Below, in pieces: positions 57,833 to 64,000 of a stretch of DNA of 64,000 bases; position 1 is the first letter of the stretch, and every line of letters begins with the position of its first letter. This DNA is from the human T2T-CHM13v2.0 reference genome, Homo sapiens. The notes beneath the pieces were generated by a model. It was not told where the DNA came from. It saw nothing but the letters and a program-made list of their open reading frames with translations, and ran no database searches. The position numbers and the translations under genes were made by a program. Where the stretch lies: NCBI RefSeq assembly GCF_009914755.1, contig NC_060937.1; one strand, written 5' to 3'.

Positions 57833-60800
57833 CTCACATACTTGATATATTTTTTTTTATGTTCATTGAAGAAATGTTTACTATATGCCCTATGTATTTA
57901 AAGAGACCCACTTGAAATGATCAGTAAAATAAATTTAACCTATATATTATTATATTAATATGCAGACCAGAGAGATTTTCATTTTTTAATTTGAACACTA
58001 AAGTGATCTTAAAGAAGATTCATGAAAATAATTTAATATTTATCATTTAATAATAGAAAAATGCATTAAGTTTGGAAGTTTAAACTTTGCTGAAGCCAAG
58101 AAATATGAAAGTAGAATTCCTGACAATATTACCTTGTTTAAATTTTATGAGTCTCAACCAGTGTATTATTTGGTACAGCTGAAGTTATCATTATAAAGAT
58201 TCTCACCTTGAGAATAATAGAATATGAATATAAAAAAGTATATGTATTTCAGCGAGATTTCTATGGTGCAAATCCCTCCTCAATATCTTTATAAATCTCC
58301 AACGTTCTCATTTCTCCTGTCAAAGCAAACTTTCTACCAACTGAAAGAGCTGAAGTTGACTAGTAATACAGTCTTTACACTAAATTGAAATTATTCTTTA
58401 TGCATCTTATTCCCATTAGCCCTGGTACTATATAAAGATACAACTTTACACAATTATTAGTAACTCATTTTTATACATGCTATTCTCACAATTGCTCTTA
58501 AAAGTCAAAATCTATGTGGCCATTCATGATTGCCACTTGTGAAAACTCAAACACAGACAATTTAAGTAAATAATACAACTTTACACAGTGTATGAATGAG
58601 AAGGACTTCAAAGCCAGACAGTCTGGCTCCAGAATTTACGCTTAATCATTAAGTTATGTTGTCTTTCAGTATGGCTTAAATAAAATGCTGCTGAACTATA
58701 CTGAGTTTTTAAATCACTGCTCATAATATGATTCCTTTAACTGCCTTGGAATCTTCATTACCAAGGATTTGTAGTTAATCTCTCTGTTGATTCCCATAAC
58801 TGCATTTTCTACAATAATAATATGCCTTAATAAAATAACTAGAGAATGGAAAATCTGCAAAACTAACTATATCATGGCTACCCTGAAAGAGAAAATTAAG
58901 AGAGCATTGAAAACTGCTTTTGTTACAACCTTTCTGTTTTCTGTAAATTCAATTTGCTTCCTACCTCCAAACCACAAAGAACATAGAAGTGATTATCTGG
59001 GTTGGTTCAATTCCAAGGTTAGGATAGATTATGTTTGTCATAAATCTTCAAGCAATGGTTTTGCCTAGTCCAACAGAATGTAATGGAATCTACATGTTGG
59101 TTTTTAAAATGTGGTGTGAAGACCACTTGCTTGTATGTAGTAACGATGCTGATAATATAGAAGTGCTCTTTGAATTTTATAAAGTTAAAATCATGCCTTT
59201 AATTTTGAACTAATTTTTAAAAATTGTATGTCAATAAGAGCACCATGCACTGAACTTGGGGTGTTCTTTCTTCTGTTTATAGTCTAAATTGACCAAATGC
59301 TGGCATTAGTTACATATCCCTTATAGTTACTAATATTGAAAAGTAATATGACAATTGCCCCTTTTCATGAATTAAATTATTGATCAACTCCATGATATAA
59401 ATGATATTAAATTCTAGATATTAAAAAGTAAGACCAAATTCAATTGATCTAGCCTATTGAGAAAGCCTTGAATTCCTGCCAACTGCATAAGATTTGATAT
59501 GGTTGCAACAATAATAAACTTGTGATTTCATGCTTTAAGTTTTTAAGCTATTAAATGTATTATTTAATTCTAATAATTCAGTGAACAATAATATCATTAT
59601 TTCCTTTTTTAGATGAGGACAGTGAGGTACAATAAGGTTTGCTGCTTTGAATAGCTTTTCTAAGTGGGCATATTAAAATTCAGGGAATCTACAAAAGTTT
59701 ATGCTCAGGATCACACGACATACTCTCCTTGTCTAAAATAATCACGATAAATGGCTTGGAATAGAGCTCTGGATGAAATAAGTCAAAGTTTCGAAAATGT
59801 ACACATGAGAGATTCTTTGTAAATTATCACAGCAACCCAGGAGATCATTTAACATGATGACCATGCTAATCAATTGATGTCCCCAAATTAATCCAGTGTT
59901 TCGAAATCTCTCAAGGAAATAAAGTAACCATAAAGAATTTTGATTAGCTAAGTGGCTTCACATTGGGAATTTTCAGTAGGTAAATACACTATACACTTTA
60001 TTTCCTTCTCAATACCGCATGAGAACTATTCACTTATTAAGTAATTACTGGGGTTCCAGAGGATTCACCTAATAAGTATTGGATAAGACTGGACATTTTA
60101 ATTACAGAAGTGAAGCTATTTCTGTGACTCAGGTTTCCTGGGGGAATTTTTATTACCTAAAACTCATCAGAAAAATAATGGTCTTTGTCTTTGATTTTAT
60201 TCAGTGGTCAAGGAAAGGCGTAGGTTCACAGGGACAGTTATAAGAAGAATCTCTGTGTTTTTTGTTTGTTTGTTTGTTTTTTGCACCCTTCAAGACCCAC
60301 TTGATTAAGGTATCGGCTGTATTTGCAAACCGGGAAAACAGAGCTAGAACATACAAATTAATATTAAAATTGTTATTCTTTAGTGTTGATATACTGAGTG
60401 TTTTCTTTAATTCTGCTTGTTTGGTTTGAATTTTCTAAATTTTATGGAATACTTATTAATTATGAGAGCAAATACAATCTTAGAATTACATTTTTATTGT
60501 TCTCTTTTTATCTTGAATAACAATTTCTTTTAAATATGGTTTCTTTAAAGCTTCATTCTTTCAGGCCTAGAATAGCATGCTAACAAAAGAGACAAAAATT
60601 TATATTCTGACTTTTCTACATGATCCTTTCTTCACTTATAATAAAAATTCATTTGACTGAATTTATTACACATACTTTTGACATCTTGCTCCATCTTATC
60701 AAATCTACTGAAGATAGTATAACTCTCACTGGAATAGAAAAAATATAGTTTCAATTTTAGGTTACATTAGCAAGCTTTCTCAGTTTTTAGGACTATTACT

Positions 60801-63800
60801 AAATTACCATATTTTGAAATCATCTATGCTATTTTGCAAAGAAAATGAGTTCTCACTTTTCTGATTAAACTACTTATTTTCACATTAATAATATTGTCTA
60901 TGATTTTCAAACTTTCCTTTAAATCTTAGAAGTATAAAATGCTTTTGCAATCTGTGTCACTTATTTCTTAACAAAGTTTTCCTTAATCCCTACTTCACTT
61001 AAAAACAGTGAAGCAGTTGATAGGTTGGTAACATAGGTTCATTGGTGGCTTATGTTTGTGAGCAAAGCTCTAAAACACAATTTTAATTTTTAAAAACTAT
61101 TTGACCTTTAGGCATATTAAATAAATATATCACCATTTTAGATGAACCATGGGTATAAAAGCAAAAAGTGTGAATGTTAGATTGACAACTCAAATACCAC
61201 AACCAACACTGACATTGACACTGCAAGTGTTTCCAAAATGGCGAATATCTATTGTAATATTCTGAAGTAGAATCTTTCCTTTATTTACATGATAGTTGTG
61301 TGCTTAGAGAAATTCTTAAAAATTTTAAGAATTTATATATTACTTATAATTAACAATTGTTAATAACATTTGTGTTTATATGTAAATTTAGATTATGAAT
61401 AGCTGTTTTACTTATATAAATACTTCGCTAGATATTGAAAGTCATGGGTAGAGATAGACAAGGTAGCAAGAAAGTTAACTGCAATATGGGTAATACAAAC
61501 TGTATTCTGTGGGAAAAATTGGAGAGGATAGAAAAAGGGGATAATTAGAAACATGCTGATTGAACATAATAGAGCATTGTTAAAGAGGGTTTTGGTGGAC
61601 TTGCAAGGCATTGGATCTTGATATCACAGAGAATGGGAAACCAATTCACAGAATTCTCAGATTTTTAAATAGGACAATGATTAAGTTTATATAAAAAGAC
61701 TATTAGCAGGATGCAGGATAGGTTAAAATGGAGCAACATAGAGGACATTTTAAAGACATTTCAAAATAAGATTTTTCATACATGGAAGTTACTTGGATGG
61801 TGGGAGTGAAGAAAAGGGAGAATCTATTTCAGCCACCAATTTATTAGCATAAGTTACCATGTAGATAGTGAAGCCAATATAGGAAATTTCAGGAGGTGGG
61901 ATGAATGTGTTGGACAAGATAATTACTTTAATTAGAATATACTAAATATCAGTAGTTGTCATATACAGAGATTGAGATAGAGGAATGAGCTCTGGAACTC
62001 AGGACTGAGATTGTAGCTTGTGGTGTAGCTTGTAAATAATTGTTGAAGCCATGGGCTATGGGTATACCAGCAGAGTATAGATTTGTAAGAGAAGAGAAGA
62101 GACGCCAGAACCATGGGGGTTAGTGTGGAATGGGTGAGTGAGAGGGATAGAGAGAGAGTAGCCGAGGAAAAACAGAAATAATTTCAAAGGGCCGAGAAGA
62201 TGGGAAGATGCAGATTAAAGTGTAAGTTTCACTTACTAGAGTAATTTATGTTTGAATACAATAAAGAAACGGTGTGAGAGAAGATTTGACAAAAAAAGTT
62301 CCTGAAATAGTTATTCTTTCTATATCTCAAATTAACATTCAAATAGTAAATTCTATAAACCCAGAAGGATAACATTTATATAGTTTATTTACTGCCTAAA
62401 TCTAGTATGCAAAAAATTTGAAGAGAAAACGTAAAAACCACTTTCACTAAAATATAAAAGATTCATTTATAGACAAATAAAAGGAAATATATATTTCATT
62501 TATGAATTATTGCATATGTTTTCAAATGTTATACCTTGTACAATTATTGACCAAAAATAATGCCTATGAATTTCCATAGCTTATGTAGACATCAATTTCC
62601 AAAGTCACAGAGAATACTGGTTTATATTATTTTTGTCTCCTTTGATAAATAAAGGCTGAACAGAATAATAAATTCCTTTTTTATCAATATTTCCTTGGAC
62701 TTCATCCAGTAATGTAGAGTTTATTATAGTATATGGTTCAACATTTTACAGTGTTAAAAGAGTGTTTTTCCTTTCTTAGGCTACATTATTTTCCATATAT
62801 ATTTTAAATATTCTATAATACTAATTTACTAGGTATAATAAAATTACTAATTTAATATTACTTATATAATTAAAGGCAAATTTAGTTCCTAAATATGGCT
62901 TCATCTAAATTAAAAACAACTTCTGATTATTTACCTCATATATTTAGTATACATGTATATAGTATTTATGTAAAATAAATATATATATATCCTATTATAT
63001 TAATAGAATTCTATGTGAAAAGGAGAACAAATAAGTGGATGCTCAAGACAGAAAGAGAGAGAGAGAAAGTGGAATATATTTGTAAGTTAGATGCTTACTT
63101 GTCATATTTTAGCCCAGAGGAAATCTTAACTGCCTCTACTTTATGGCAAAGCTTGCACAGAATAAGCACACTTACAGATGCAGAGAGGATGTATGCCAAA
63201 GGGATCTACATTCATATAAATAATGTTTCTAGACTGAAGAAATAACCCAAGTGTAAAATATTTTACATTATACTATTCCAAAGAATTTTTTTAATCACAA
63301 AAGAGGCTAAAACTGCAAATATTTGAAGCAAAGAAAAGAAAGCCCATTAAATCTAAATTAAATCATTATTGAGCAATCCAAAGCAAAACATTCAGATTTT
63401 TATTGTTTTTCTTTTGGGGATAATTTTTTTTTAAAAAAATCAAAAGTCCAGATATTTTCTCATTACCTTCCAAATACTTTTTCAATAATTTAACACATAA
63501 TAATAATTTAGATCAATAAAATTCTCCTATTCATTCCATGCATGAGTTCTGGGGTCTTAAAAATAATTTTTGGAAAAGACCCTATAATTTAAGATATGGC
63601 TGTGTGAAGATAATACACAAAACTGTATACTCTGAATTTATTAAAGATAAATAGAAAATCTAGTAAAAGCAATTTATTATACCCCAAAATTATCACTAAT
63701 TAATGTGTCATTATAAATTTTTTACTGTTTTTGCTTGTTTTGTTTTGTTTCATTTTGTTTTTCCCCAGGCCTCTGTGAGGCATTCAGTCAACCGTGGAGT

Positions 63801-64000
63801 CCTCCTTAAGTTCCTCTCACAGCGTCAAGGATCCTTTCCTTTGTTGTTTCTAAAAGGTTTGGCAAATCTCACTGTCTAAAATGTTTTTCAGTAGAAAAAA
63901 ATAATTGTCATATTCCACTTCGCTATCATCATCTATCAAATGAAGCATGTGTGGCTAGTTCTTAAAGTATATTTACTGGACTTCCCTGGCCTCCAAAATT

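Overview
This is AT-rich, repeat-dense primate DNA, almost certainly human because it carries AluYb8-type elements. It is not a prokaryotic or viral locus. The whole window appears to lie inside a minus-strand BTB-BACK-Kelch gene, recognised as KLHL1. Only one 213-bp internal coding exon is present (36183-36395, BACK domain, canonical AG/GT, phase 0/0). A decayed, intronless PSMC1 (26S proteasome AAA-ATPase Rpt2) processed pseudogene lies at ~47755-49291 on the minus strand. The rest is intron containing nine Alus, five 3' L1PA fragments, many MaLR/ERVL/ERV1 LTRs, a two-LTR MST provirus with a nested LTR, an ERVL-type gag/pol relic, old L2/MIR/CR1/hAT remnants, microsatellites and a few small local duplications. 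I see no CRISPR array, RNA gene, operon or novel multi-gene system. The most interesting observations are three. First, two very young Yb-type Alus 8 kb apart, one a Y/Yb8 mosaic. Second, an inverted-Alu arrangement around a stop-free, 3n-length exon (circRNA or in-frame skipping hypothesis). Third, the apparent loss of the poly(A) signal in the sense-oriented intronic retrocopy. Repeat subfamily names come from recalled consensus sequences and need Dfam/RepeatMasker confirmation.
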